A DNA stretch of 62,625 nt, counting the filler, from Chiloscyllium plagiosum (Eukaryota): the NCBI RefSeq assembly GCF_004010195.1. It is 4 parts of one record of this genome, joined end to end, with 100 filler letters (N's around TTAATTAATTAA, not from the genome) between each part and the next. Parts side by side here need not be neighbours in the genome. Positions count along the whole stretch, not along the records: positions 29,529 to 38,146 come from NC_057713.1; positions 38,247 to 54,941 come from NC_057713.1; 2 more parts are not named here. The stretch is one strand, 5' to 3'. Numbering within the stretch: position 1 is the stretch's first letter; each line of letters begins with the position of its first letter. Both the position numbers and the translations under genes were made by a program. Of the stretch, positions 37,866-50,502 are shown piece by piece. The notes beneath the pieces were generated by a model. The model searched no databases. It saw only the letters and a program-made list of their open reading frames with translations, and was not told the DNA's origin.

Positions 37866-38146
37866 GGGGGGCGGTTTAAACTAACTCTGCAGGGGCATGG
37901 GAACCTAGACTGTAGCTTTAGGGTGCAGGACCTGGAGTGTAGGGAGGTTAGGAACATGGCGTCAATCTCAAAGGAGGGTGCCTGTAAGTGGCTTGAAGTG
38001 TGTATACTTCAATGCAAGAAGTATATGAAATAAGGTAGGTGAACCTGCAGCGTGAGTTGGTACCTGGGATTTCGATGTTGTGGCTATTACGGAGACATGG
38101 GTAGAACAGGGACAGGATTGGCTGTTGCAGGTTCCAGGGTTTAAAT
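37866..38146 (+). mobile_element. CR1 ORF1/ORF2 junction and AP-endonuclease N-terminus
   Basis: 37993-38145 reads LKCVYFNARSI*NKVGEPAA*VGTWDFDVVAITETWVEQGQDWLLQVPGFK (APE motifs NARS, AITETW); runs into the gap. Confidence 0.9.
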
Positions 38147-38246
38147 NNNNNNNNNNNNNNNNNNNNNNNNNNNNNNNNNNNNNNNNNNNNTTAATTAATT
38201 AANNNNNNNNNNNNNNNNNNNNNNNNNNNNNNNNNNNNNNNNNNNN
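38147..38246. other. Assembly gap linker
   Basis: 44 N + TTAATTAATTAA + 44 N. Confidence 0.98.
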
Positions 38247-38563
38247 GTCCGGGCCTGATCCACGGCCGATTGAGCGGTTGTCTCGGAGGTCGCGGCCTTT
38301 AGCTCCGCCCCTCCGACTCGGCGTTGAATTTCATCAATTTCACGGTCGTGCTTCTTCAGCGCGGCCGAGAGCGACTCCCAACGATTTCTGGATTCGACGA
38401 TAAAAGCATCGATCTTCGAGTCAAGCTTGGAAAGCATTTCTGCAAGGCTTGTTACTGTTGGTAAGTCCCCCGGGGCGGCTGTGGACGCCTCTGCTGCAGC
38501 TGGAGAGTGTGGGGGAGGGGTTCCTGCTTGCTGAGAGCTGCGGGCTCCCTTCCCTTTAGTCAT
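38247..38563 (-). CDS. L1-clade ORF1p N-terminus (coiled coil), truncated by the gap
   Basis: MTKGKGARSSQQ...LAEMLSKLDSKIDAFIVESRNRWESLSAALKKHDREIDEIQRRVGGAE...: basic N-terminus, low-complexity linker, heptad pattern; no stops; CpG-rich. Confidence 0.8.
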
Positions 38564-38735
38564 TTTAACTTAGGATTAAATTGTTTAAATGTAGTATTAC
38601 ACAACTAATTAAATTACAAAACTATTATAAATGATTTGGTGAGCTTGGTAGGGGGTAGGTGACCCACTGTGCCCAAGTCTTGGGAGGAGCACTATAGACT
38701 CAGTCTTACTGGGTCGCCACCATCTTGGATCCCCC
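38564..38735 (-). promoter_or_regulatory. L1 5' UTR with G-run start and YY1-type motif
   Basis: Minus strand begins GGGGGATCCAAGATGGTGGCG, resembling the human L1 start GGGGGAGGAGCCAAGATGGCCG; 172 nt to the ATG. Confidence 0.75.
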
Positions 38736-38929
38736 GACCTTGATAATGTTAATCTTGTCTAGCGCAGGTCCTATGCGATGTAACCTGTACATGTCACTCT
38801 TTCCAAGGTTTTTTTTCACCCTATGATCTATATATCCTTGCTTACTGTGACCTGCCTGTACAACTCAAACAAAGCTTTATTACTTGTACCTAAGTAGAGT
38901 GAAATCAATCAATCAATCATATTTGCCTG

Positions 38930-39190
38930 TTTAAGAGAACACAGAAGTCCCATGGCGTTATTTGGAGTTCACAGCAGTCTTCTTCATCAGTTATCTTGCA
39001 AAAGCATCGCTAAAAAAGATTCACTAATTAATTATCTTAATTTTATCTGTGGAAGCTTGCGGCATGCCAGTTTCTTGCTGTTTGCCTGCATAACAATGAC
39101 TGCACTTTGAAAGTAACAAATTAACTGTGAACTCCTTCGAGATAGCCTGAGACTGTAAAGGTGTTCCATAAGCAGCATTATTCTCTTTCT
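38930..39190 (+). mobile_element. DeuSINE (SacSINE1-like) remnant
   Basis: Decayed Deu-domain (aagtcccatggcgttattt...tgtggaagcttgc) and L2-type tail (acaatgactgcactttgaaagta...tgtaaaggtgttccataa), recognised from a recalled consensus. Confidence 0.6.
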
Positions 39191-42100
39191 TGTTTTGCTG
39201 GAAGCTAATTCAAAGGTAATGGAGATCAACTTTTGAGAAGATAAACAAATTTATTGGCACATTAAAGATATTTAATTAATTAACTCTCAAGAGGATTTGA
39301 CAAACTAAAATTTGTCCATGCTTATTCTTTCACAATTATTCTTTAAACAGTTAACAACTAATATGTTAGTGTATTCCAATATTTAGTGTATATAATGTAG
39401 GAATTAGTTGTATCTAATGGTGTGGAAAATAAGGCAACAGATTGCTATCTGAAATTTGCTATCATCTATTTTTCATAGTTCTCATGAGCATTTGTAGAGT
39501 ACCTACACTTGACATTCTTAATAACCAATATTTTTACATGGTTTTCAGTGCAATAATTCAGGCAATAATTTTGAATGGTGAGTTATCGGAAAAGCCTGTC
39601 AAATCATCTCTCAAAATTTACGCAATTAGGTGCCAAAGATAAAAAGAAATACATGAATTCATCAAAACAAATGAAAACCCCATAAAAAGTTCATAAAATT
39701 CCATTGCAATCTGGCTATTCCAAGTGGCAAATATTTTAATTTTTTTCTCAGCCTGCTTACTTGGATAGCTTGAAGTTATCATTTTGTTCCCATTCTCATC
39801 AATGCTCAGAATCGAAATGTAGTAAATATAAAAATAATAAAATGCACACCGATGGAATTTAGTTCAGCTACCTAGTGTTATCAGACTCTGGAATTCCTCT
39901 GATCTGCTTTTTCCAGTACATTTAGCATTCCTCTCATCCAATTCCCTTCCCTTCTGTCCTAAAATGATAACGAATGTTAAGGGACAATCCAGTTGTGTGC
40001 AGACTGCTGCAACTTCTTCTCAGTGACCATTCTGTCTTTTTGAGTCATGACATTGAGCCAAGGCTGTTGAGCAATGGAGGAGTACAGTGCTAGAACAATC
40101 ATAATCCAGGCGGCCTCATGTACTTTTGGAACTGATGCATTTTCCTGTAAGGGTGGCTGAGTCATATAGCACCACAGAGACCCAGCTCAATTTTCACTTG
40201 TCTCATCTGTCCCTGAGGCTAACTTCTGTTCTGGCTCATTCAGTGTCAGCTAATATATGTTAACAATTCTATGCAACTCATTAAATGACTGAACCATGAA
40301 GACCATCCACACATTTGCTTTTTGACCAAAGCATATGAGAGATGAACAAGAGTCAAAAATCAGCTAATTTTACCATAATTCTTTGTTTTTTCATTTAATT
40401 CATGTACCTGTACTGAGATGCCATATCATGTGGATGATGGATGAAAATTTCAATGTTAACAGTTGTACGTCTCTAGTTTGAATGTTTAAATGACCTGTTG
40501 ATAATGTCAACAAACATTTACATAGCACCTTTCATGTAACTAAATACTCCAGAACTCTAGCAGTGGAACAACAACCGTTGGAAAGGGACGCTAAACAGCA
40601 AAGATGTAAAAGCTGAAATTTCTGCTACTGACTTGATTTAACTTGATTTATTGTTGTTGCATGTACCTAAGTAGAGTGAAAAAAATTGTTTGTGAGAAGT
40701 ACAGGCAGATCATAGCAAACAATGACAGATCATAAGGCGCTTAGACAGAGCGAGGCATGCAAGACTGCAGCTGCATTGGAGGTGCACCAGAAAACGTCAA
40801 CATTCCACTGATGGTGTAGCAAATGGAGAGGTATTTATAACAGCTCAAGTAGAATGTTCAAGTCGTAAAATAGGACTGGAGATGATTGCAGGGAAATGGT
40901 GGAATGAGGCCTTGAAAGATTTACAGGAAAAAGACAAAGAACTTCAAGTTGATATGCTCATGTCAGATTCAAAGAAGAATGTCAGTTGGTGTGGATTAAC
41001 TCGAGAAGACGTGGAGTTGTGCAAGGTGGAACTAAAAGTTCAAATGGAGAGTATTGGAGAAATCGGGTAATGATTTATTGAAGATATATCTGAGTGCTTT
41101 TCATAATTTAGATGTGACACAGGACGATGTGAACTAGGGAATGTGCCAGAACTGAGAGTATGTGTTAAAAGTTTGAAATGTAGACTCTCAAGTTGCACAT
41201 GTCAGGTTCGTTTTGAGTAAATAGCTTTCATCCGCTTCAATTCTAACTGTGCTGAACTGAAGGAAACTACCTCACTCAAGAATTGATAATGTTCAGGCAT
41301 TTGGGCAGTAAGGTAGCCCTCATTTAAAGTTGTGATTGCATGTCTGAAAATCACAATTTAAAGTGAACTATAACTTCTGATAGCAATCAGTGTTAAAAAT
41401 GAAGTTAGCTTCTTTTGGACACTTCTTGCTGAGAAAAACAAATGCACATTGAAGTACTGTTCATTCAAAGCTGTAATAATTTGCAAAATCATAAAAAATC
41501 AATAAATATCAAGAAACACAGTATGGATAGCTACTATAGGACATTGTCAGCAGAAAAATGATTTTTGAAGTTAAAATGCTGCACATTTCTAAATTAATCA
41601 ATTCATAAATAAAATCATTTTGCAATAGCATACATTTAAAAATATTTTAAAAAACACAATATTAATATAATCGTAAATACTGCATAAATAAATCATAAAA
41701 AAGTTAAAAATTGCACCCACCCATTGTAGATTTACATTGATCAGTTGTAAACGTTGGTAGCAAAGAAAATGGTAGCACTGACCAACTTCTCGCATAAATA
41801 GAACCCAAGAGTTCAGGAGTTCAGAATGGGAGCCAGCAGCAACTCAAGTCTTGGTGGTGACATACATCGGGGATTTTAAATGTAAGAATGTGAACTTTGG
41901 ACAGGGAGAAGAGGGAATGAAGGTTAGGGCAGAAGGAGGGGTCTGGGCAGATGCTATGGCCAGGATCTAGGCTGGGTGCCAGGATAAGGTAAGAGGACCT
42001 TCTGAAGTCTGCAATGACTGCAGTGGACACTGGGAATTTTAAAACTAAAAGTGGAGGGTGGAAGCAAGAGTATGGGGAAGAAGAACTTCAGATCAGAGGG

Positions 42101-44302
42101 AAGGAACCAAAGCATTAGGGAAAAGGTAACTTGCACAGCAAGCCGTGGAACAAGAGGTCTTTCATAAATTAGGAAATGACTCGCAGCATTATATAGATTT
42201 ATTGATATATTTTATTAATAGCTTTGAAATGAAACAACACCTGGTGAATCAATATTAAATGGGGACTTATTGTCCACAACAATCATGGAAATAAAGATGG
42301 AGAGGAAGAGAGCCAGGTGACATCAATATGTTAGGAACCTGTGTGACTTTTATTTCAACAATCAAACAAAATGAACAGAAGGTAAGGATGGATTAAAGGG
42401 CAAATGTATTCAATAAAGGTGCTTTAAATCATGAAAACTAAAATGATGCCACAGATTTACTGGAATTGCTTTTGGCACATACAGCACTATATGTAGTGAT
42501 TTTAAAAACTTCCAGGCCTCTGTATAATTTTCAGTAGAGTTCAATTCTTTTAATTCCCACAGGAATTGGCCATTACGTTGCCTCCTACAGAAGCTTTACC
42601 TCGTCCAGATTCCATGGTTAACCTTAGCACGTCCTTAGCTCAGTCCACAACATTGCTGATGGCATAGAATCCCCAGAGTCATCGTCATCCCATCGCTCAG
42701 TAACACCCCAGTGATACAGTATGTGGTTGGCTCTGATAAAAGAAGTGTAAAAGCAGCAGTACATTTTTGTCATAATCCCTGCTGCTTAACCCAGACTTCA
42801 GTTTTCATTCTGTATATATAACTCCTCATATTCTACCTGCCTCCACCTCCTGCTGAAATTTGATCTCTGAGAGCTCTGTGCTTTTAAGCCACAACCTTCC
42901 CCTTTGTCAGAAACATGTGGTTGTGTTTCTTCATCAGTAATGGCCTGACTCAAAAAATACTAGCCTTGAAACCAAAGTGCAGACAGCAGCTCGCTAGCAT
43001 TTCCACCCTTGGCTTCACAAATATGTAAAAGAGAAATACGTTTTGTCAGTGTAGATGTAAACAATGTACACACAGCTTGAGAAAGAGCAGTTATTGCTGT
43101 GTGTCAGAGTTGTTTTGGCTGGGGCATCCTGGGCACTGAGTGTTAATTATTGCAAATCGAAATTAAATCGGTCCAGATATTTATCCATTTATACTGTGAA
43201 TCTGAGTTTAAGTGTCGCAGATGTCCTGTCACACATAATGATGTTGGCATTTCACTTGAACAAACTAAAAACAGTAAATGACTGAAGTATGGTAATACTC
43301 AATAGGACAGTTATATCATTAATTATCAACAGTGTATTCAAAAGTCGTATTTGGAAAATGTAATTATATCAGAGGCTGAACATAATTACAATCCAATAAT
43401 TTTCTTCATTTCAATGCAAAACTTGCACTCCTGTAATCTTGAAATGTGACTAATATACTTCACTATGTGTAACAGTGCAGAGGTGACCATGTTTCTGGGT
43501 TTGCCATTCATTTTTCTCTATGAATGTTAGTTGACACTGTCCAAATGTTTTGACTTTTGTTCTTGCTGTGGGCCTTTGTTGACAGTACAAGTTATGGTTT
43601 CATTAAACAAAAGGAATGGGAAGGCTGAAACTTTTACTTTTTATTGCAATTATTTGTCTGAATCCAAGAGTTCTCTTCAGACCGTTTTGCTATCTTCCAT
43701 CTTTGATTTTCTTGCATGACTCAGTACACCCATGGGAGAGGAAGAAATGACATACTCACAAGATAATAATATTTACCATTTTGTAAAAATAGCTGAGCGC
43801 TGAAAAGTAATTTTTTAAATTTAATTAAAAATACATACCAATTTAATGAAATTGAATCAACAATCAATTCAACTGTCATAACCAGAGAACTCATTTCTGT
43901 CAGATGCCAGGCTTTTAAAACTGGGCTTCACCACCTAACCCAAGTCTTATTTATTTTATCTTGTTTTCTTCCCTAATCCTTTCAATCTGTCTACTGCTTT
44001 GTAGTTCTGAGGCTTAATTCACAGCAATTTCTTGTTTTTCTTTCCAAAGCTACTTGGGTCACAATGTTTTCTGTTTGCAACATCTACCCTGAAGCAGTGT
44101 TAGTGTGCTTCTTAAAAATCAGAAACTGGATAGCTCTTCATAAATGAATAGTTACATGAAATGGAGAATTGACTCTTTCAGGTTTGGTGTCATGGAAATG
44201 GTTAGTTAAAAGAGGCTTCACTGAATTGTGAAGATCAGAACTGAACAAACAGGAACTCATGTCTCTGTAACCATGATTTCTCTATTTACACAAAATGAAT
44301 AA

Positions 44303-44716
<414 letters not shown>

Positions 44717-46326
44717 TAACTTAGACCTCCAAACAGTTTTTATAGTAACAGTGACAGCGTGGTTCTTCCCAAAGTAAAATGCCATTATTGAAAAGAACAA
44801 TTCAAACTTTAAAAACTCATCATGTTAGGCATTATCTGTGAAGAGAAGCAGAGTTGGAGTTTCATGTCGATGATTCATTAATTCTACTTGTCTCCTTAGA
44901 TGCTAATGGACCTGTCAATTTTTTTCTAGTTGTTCTAGCTCTAATTTATATTTCCCACATCCACAGTATTTTGCTTTTGTATTCATTGAATATAACAGCA
45001 ACAGAAAAAAGGTTGACTTATCTGCGCAGTCTACTTTGCAGCAGACCCTAAAGTCATCCCAATCTGTTATGGATTCCATACAAAAGTACAAGACATGTCT
45101 GTATGTCACCAACAGAGAGTATTTATTTTGTGTGTGGGGAAGTGTTGATTAGGAAAACAAAAACAAATTTTGCAGTGTATAAAAAAAAACCTCCCAGGTA
45201 ATTTCTTCACATGTCAATCAAGCAAACTCCAAGGTTGCATTAGCAAACACACTTAACCTCATACCCAACTATGCTCTACAGTTCGTAATGGCTAAACACT
45301 GGCACTGTGTAGAAGACAGTGCTACCTTCTGTTGTATCTGACCTGGGCAATACTCGCTCTGATTAAAAGAAGGAAGAGATGACAGAAAATAAATCTTCCA
45401 TTCCCAATGCTTTCATCCCTCACCTAAATGATCACAAAATGTCATCTGATAACCCCATAAACCCCAATGCTATCCATGTACATTCTTGAATTACACTAGC
45501 ATTTGTTTCTGTCCCTTAGTTTCCCTCGACTAAGCAAAGGGATCTGGCTTGGGAAAAGTGGTCAGGAGATGGAACCGAATGTATCAAATCTGAATCTTGA
45601 AAACCTCATGTTTGGGTCTAGCTACTACAAGCAGCTTACAGTTGAGGTAAGCGAATTTCCACCTCAGTGTTTTGCTGCAGGATATTTCTGAGATTCAGAT
45701 ATTTTGCCATATTTGTATGATGGACCTACAGAGCATTTCTCTCATGCATTTGCCTTTCCTGTTCGTTTTTTTTTAACTGTATTGTAATTATGGTCAAGTT
45801 GCATTGTACTATGATTTATTTAAATGTCTTTCATATATAGTTGATTTGTTTTATTTGCTTGGAGAATTTATAAGGGAACTGAGTTCTAATGACAGTGAAG
45901 AATTTAATGTCATTAGTACTAGTAAAATCAGTGATGGTGTTGTCAAGCCACTTTTGGTGATGGACATTGCAGATCCCCTGCTTCCCCACAGAATACATTC
46001 TGCACTCTTGCCATCCTCAGTGCTTCCGCCAAGTGGTGTTCAACATGAAGTAGAACTGACTCACTAGCAGAAGGTGGAGGGGCAGTATGTGGTCATCAGC
46101 AGAATATTTGCCTGGTCATGTTTGACATGATGACATGAGACTTCAAGTGGTCCAGAGTCAATGCTAAGGACTCCAAAGGAAATTCTTTGGAGTTCCATTG
46201 TGTACTACAATCCCATCACTTCTGCTGCATCTTGCTGTTGGTGGGACAGAACATTCCAGCGATGGTGATGGCATTGATCTGGACAGTTTGTGTAAGGGAT
46301 TATTTGGTATCTATGACGGTGTCACA

Positions 46327-47219
46327 TGTGACAATACTATGCCTTTAAGAAGTGTATTTTGTCCTTGTTTTGTGAAGAGAAGTTGAGACAGAGGTGCTGA
46401 GCAGTATGGTTCAAGCCAATAAAGTAAACGTCTTGTGAAGCCTTGTTTTCTTTTGAAAAATTTGGAATAATAGAAGTAGCCTGAATGGGTATGGTCATGC
46501 TCCCACAGAACTAGGATTTTTAGTTTACCTCTCAGTAGCTGTTGGGGTTGTAAAAGCAACTATGTCTCTGTGTCTCTGTCTCATGGAAACCTATATATTT
46601 TTCTGAATTTGCATTTGCCAAGGGTGTGTTTATTGAATCTTACTATATTGGAGCAGTTCATGAATAGTTTATTATTTTAAGTATTGTGATCGTTAGTTAG
46701 GCCAATTCTATTACTTTTATTTTTCTGTATTTTAATGGTAATATATTAATAAATTGTGTTTTGTTTCAAACCTGGTAGTTTGACCCATCGAATTGCATCT
46801 GAATGTGGGCGGCACGGTGGCACAGTGGTTAGCACTGCTGCCTCACAGCGCCAGAGATCTGGGTTCATTTCCCGCCTCAGGCGACTGACTGTGTGGAGTT
46901 TGCACGTTCTCCCCGTGTCTGCGTGGGTTTCCTCCGGGTGCTCCGGTTTCCTCCCACAGTCCAAAGATGTGCAGGTCAGGTGAATTGGCCATGTTAAATT
47001 GTCCGCGGTGTTAGGTGAGGGGTAAATGTAGGAGTATGAGTGGGTTGCGCTTCGGCGGGTCGATGTGGACTTGTTGGGCCGAATGGCCTGTTCCCACACT
47101 GTAAGTAATCTAATCTAATCTAATGCAATGTCTTGCACTTGCCTTTAAAATAAGAAACGCTAGTGGGTCTAGGCTATTTCCATCACATGTTTTGAGTGGC
47201 TTTAGTCTGTTCCATTACA
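46327..47219 (+). mobile_element. Solo LTR (probably Gypsy-type) with 4-bp TSD
   Basis: TGTGACA...TTACA flanked by CACA (46323-46326, 47220-47223); AATAAA at about 46748; homologous to 27488-28110. Confidence 0.82.
46807..47123 (+). mobile_element. Young HE1 SINE inside the solo LTR
   Basis: CpG-retaining copy with A box tggcacagtgg, B box ggttcatttcc and taatc repeat tail; nearly identical to 53551-53853. Confidence 0.95.
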
Positions 47220-48990
47220 CACACTGCTGCTTAACAGTCCCTGAGACAGCTCTCCCAATTTTGGCACCAGCCATCAAATATTGCTGAGAAAGATTTTGCA
47301 AGGTCATTAGGTCTGTGTTTGGCATTGCTTCCAGTGCCTAGATCAACAGCAGGTTGATCTGATTTATGTTTTTTTGAGACTTTCTAGCAATTGTTTTAAC
47401 TGAGGTGGCTAGGCTATTTCAGAGGGCAGTTAAGAGTCAACCACATTGCTGTGGGTCTGAAGATTTGGTCAGACCTGTTAATAAAGACATATTTCCTTCT
47501 CTGAATCACATGAGTGAATCTGATAGGTTGTTAAGACAATCATCAACAATGATTTCATGATTATCATTAGTGTTTTAAATCTAGATTTTAGTCAGTTGAA
47601 ATATTACCAATTCCCATGGTGGGTTTTGATCCGTGTCCCAAAACATTAGTCTGTAGCTCTGGATTACTATTCTAGTGACATTATCAGTAAGCAACCAACT
47701 CCGCAAAGTAGATTGATTTCTAGAGTGGAGTTGATGAGAGATTGGATTGAATGGGCTTACATTCTCTGGTATGTAACAGAAGGACAGGTGAAGTCATGGA
47801 AATGTTTAACATTTTTAGGGAGCTTGACTGGAATTAATACTGAGTAACTGAGACTCCTGTCTTAATAGTCCAGAGCTAGCAGATAGTGTTTATATAAAAG
47901 TTGTGCTATTTAGGACTGAGATGAGAAGAAATTTCATGACTCAAAAGATTATTAAACTTTGGAATTCTGTATCCGAGAGAGTGATGGGCTGGGTTTATTG
48001 AGCAACTTAGAAGACTGATATTGATCTTATGGAATTATAGGCAAGACTCAAAGGACAGAATGACTTATTCCTCTGTTATTCCTATTTCTAATCTTAATTT
48101 ACCCAACCATAATACCCTGATGTTTGTAACATCTCTCGGAGAAATAGTAATGCGGAGGGGTTTAGGATGAAACAGTGAAGGATAGAGCCCAGGCATCTAC
48201 ATTCCTGCCTGAGTCATAAGAATTTAGATTTCACAAAAATAGAGATGATAGATCTTTTAAGATGCATAGCACACATCAACTAGTAAGTGCAACAAGAATG
48301 AACATTTTAATACTGTTCTATAATTGGTAGCTGATCTAGGTGAGAATAGATAATGATGATGGGCTCGAGCAGGATCAAATCAGAAGAGGTTAAGTTAAGT
48401 TGATATTGTAGAAGATGGGAGTATGTCCAATGGATAATGGAAATAATGCAGAATGGAAATGATAGAATAACGTTTTAGGTGCAGACGGTGTGTATACAGG
48501 ATCAGAGGCTCAGTTCAGAGTCAAATAGAACAACAGGAGTACATTAACCTGTAACTGTAGAGGACGGCATCAGTGCTAAATGAAACATGAAACTAGTGAA
48601 CAGTCTGAAAACTTGGTTGAGGTAGGGGGATGGATTTTTTTGGAAAAGTACAAACTTGGGGGCAGCAGCTGAAGATCTTTGTCTCCAATGTTTATCTATA
48701 AGAAATAATACCTCATTCAAAACTGATTTTAGACAAACCTTTTTAAATCTTTGGTCCAAAGTAGATGTCGTCTCACCATCTTTCCATTCAGCTACACGAT
48801 TTTATCCACCTGCTTAACCTGTCAAGACACTTTTCCAGCTTCAGTACTTACACTGTAACTTCAGATACTGCTATCACCAAACGTAGTTGTACAGCTTTCT
48901 GTTCACCTATGTAATTGATAAATATATTGAAATGCAGAAAGCAGATCCCTAGAATCACTACTAATCATAAGCTGCCAATTGGAATACATG

Positions 48991-49184
48991 GAGAAAGTGA
49001 GGACTGCAGATGCTGGAGATCAGAGCTGAAAATGTGTTGCTGAAAAAGCGCAGCAGATCAGGCAGCATCCAAGGAGCAGGAGAATCGACGTTTCAGGCAT
49101 GAGCCCCTCATGCCCGAAACGTCGATTCTCCTGCTCCTTGGATGCTGCCTGACCTGCTGCACTTTTCTAGCAACACATTTTCAG
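48991..49184. mobile_element. PLE family A fold-back with 15-bp TSD, both hammerheads truncated
   Basis: TSD CAATTGGAATACATG at 48976-48990 and 49185-49199; centre ggcatgagcccctcatgccc lacks CTGANGA. Confidence 0.93.
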
Positions 49185-50191
49185 CAATTGGAATACATGC
49201 CCCATTAACTGTACTCATTTGTCTCCTACAACCTAGCTAATTCATGGTTAATTTACCAGCTTTTCTTCAATTCATTGGGTTTAATGTTATTGCTAACAAT
49301 ATGGAGTCTTATCGATGCCATCCAGAAATTCATATGTAGAATATTTACACTCTGTATTCTAACACATATTGGAAACATAGAAACGAGCAGCAGGAATAGG
49401 CTATTTGCTCTTTGCGCTTGCTCTGCCATTCCATGTGAACATAGCTAATCCTCGACCTCACTGCCTTGTAATATTTAAAACTTTCTCAAGCTCATTCTTA
49501 AATATCCTCAGTAAACTGGCCACCACAGCCTCTCTGTGGTAGAGATTGACCATCCTCTGATTTAGTGAGCTCCTCGAAAAAAATTGACAAAATAAATGAA
49601 ATTTAATGTTTACAAATTAATTTTGATTTTCTCTGATCAATTCCAATTTGATCAAGAGCTCAGTTGCTCAGAACCTTATGGCAATTTTTTTTACTTCCCC
49701 ACAACAGATGTTAAACTATCATTTACTGGCTTCTTTCTCAACTCTTGTTCAATGCTTGACTGACATTGACAATTTTTGAACCTAAAGTAATAATTCCTGA
49801 ATCAGAGAGTTTTCGATGATCATGATTAAAAATTTGCTCACCTCCCTTTACAATGTGCCGTGGAAAGAATCAGGTTCTGAAAGTGTCAAGTTTTGGTTGA
49901 ATTCTTCTTTCTATTAACAATTTTTGTCCTTTAGTTAAATCTGGAAGCTCGTCTGTTAAATTATTTTTGTTTCTTGTCACATCATTCATCTATTTCCTTT
50001 ACCATGAGGACTTAGTCCTATTTATCTATTCACAAATCCATCATTCCATTGTTTTTAACACAAATTATACCTGCTTCTGTCTTTAAGGGGCCAATTGTAG
50101 CCTTAGCCATGGATTTTATTTCGCTTAATACACTTTTAAAAATCTTCTAGCATGGACTTTCCTGGGGAGGTTGTACAGGTCAGTCTGTTAT

Positions 50192-50502
50192 TTGAGCTGC
50201 CAGAGGAAGTGGTGGAGGGCATAGGTTTAGGGTGAGAGGGGAAAGATATAAAAGAGACCTAAGGGGCAACTTTTTCACACAGAGAGTGGTAAGGGTATGG
50301 AATGGGGTGCCAAAGGAAGCGGTGGAGGCTGCTACAATTGGAACATTTAAGAAGCATTTGGATGGGTATATAAATAGGAAGAGTTTGGAGGGATATGGGC
50401 CAGGTGCTGGCAGGTGGGACTAGATTGGGTTGGGATATCTGGTTGGCATGGATGAGTTGGACCGAAGGATCTGTTTCCATGCTGTGCATCTCTATGACTC
50501 TA
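50192..50502 (+). mobile_element. CR1 3' end
   Basis: RGERYKRDLRGNFFTQRVVRVWN; tail ctctatgactcta. Confidence 0.92.

Larger units (their letters stand above)
45945..47697 (-). mobile_element. Second-family LINE 5' part (tRNA-like head, leader, APE), interrupted by a solo LTR
   Basis: 47224-47457 is the reverse complement of 24180-24415 (NI*WLVPKLGELSQ); 45945-46320 matches 24480-24900; tRNA-like head at about 47610-47697. Confidence 0.75.

Noticed and set aside
42600..42732. Minus-strand exon-like segment with polypyrimidine tract and gag|gtaaag donor
   Set aside because: Stop codons in all three frames; cannot be supported as coding, and a lncRNA exon cannot be judged from sequence alone.
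45520..45646. Plus-strand exon-like segment with good acceptor (gtcccttag) and donor (gag|gtaagc)
   Set aside because: 127 nt (frame-shifting), no Gly-X-Y pattern and no recognisable homology; probably cryptic sites.
46807..46880. tRNA gene
   Set aside because: The tRNA-like A/B boxes are the SINE head, followed by V-domain and LINE-derived tail.
46746..47099. 117-aa ORF and similar ORFs at 6733-7120 and 53453-53833
   Set aside because: These are translations of HE1 SINE copies, not genes.
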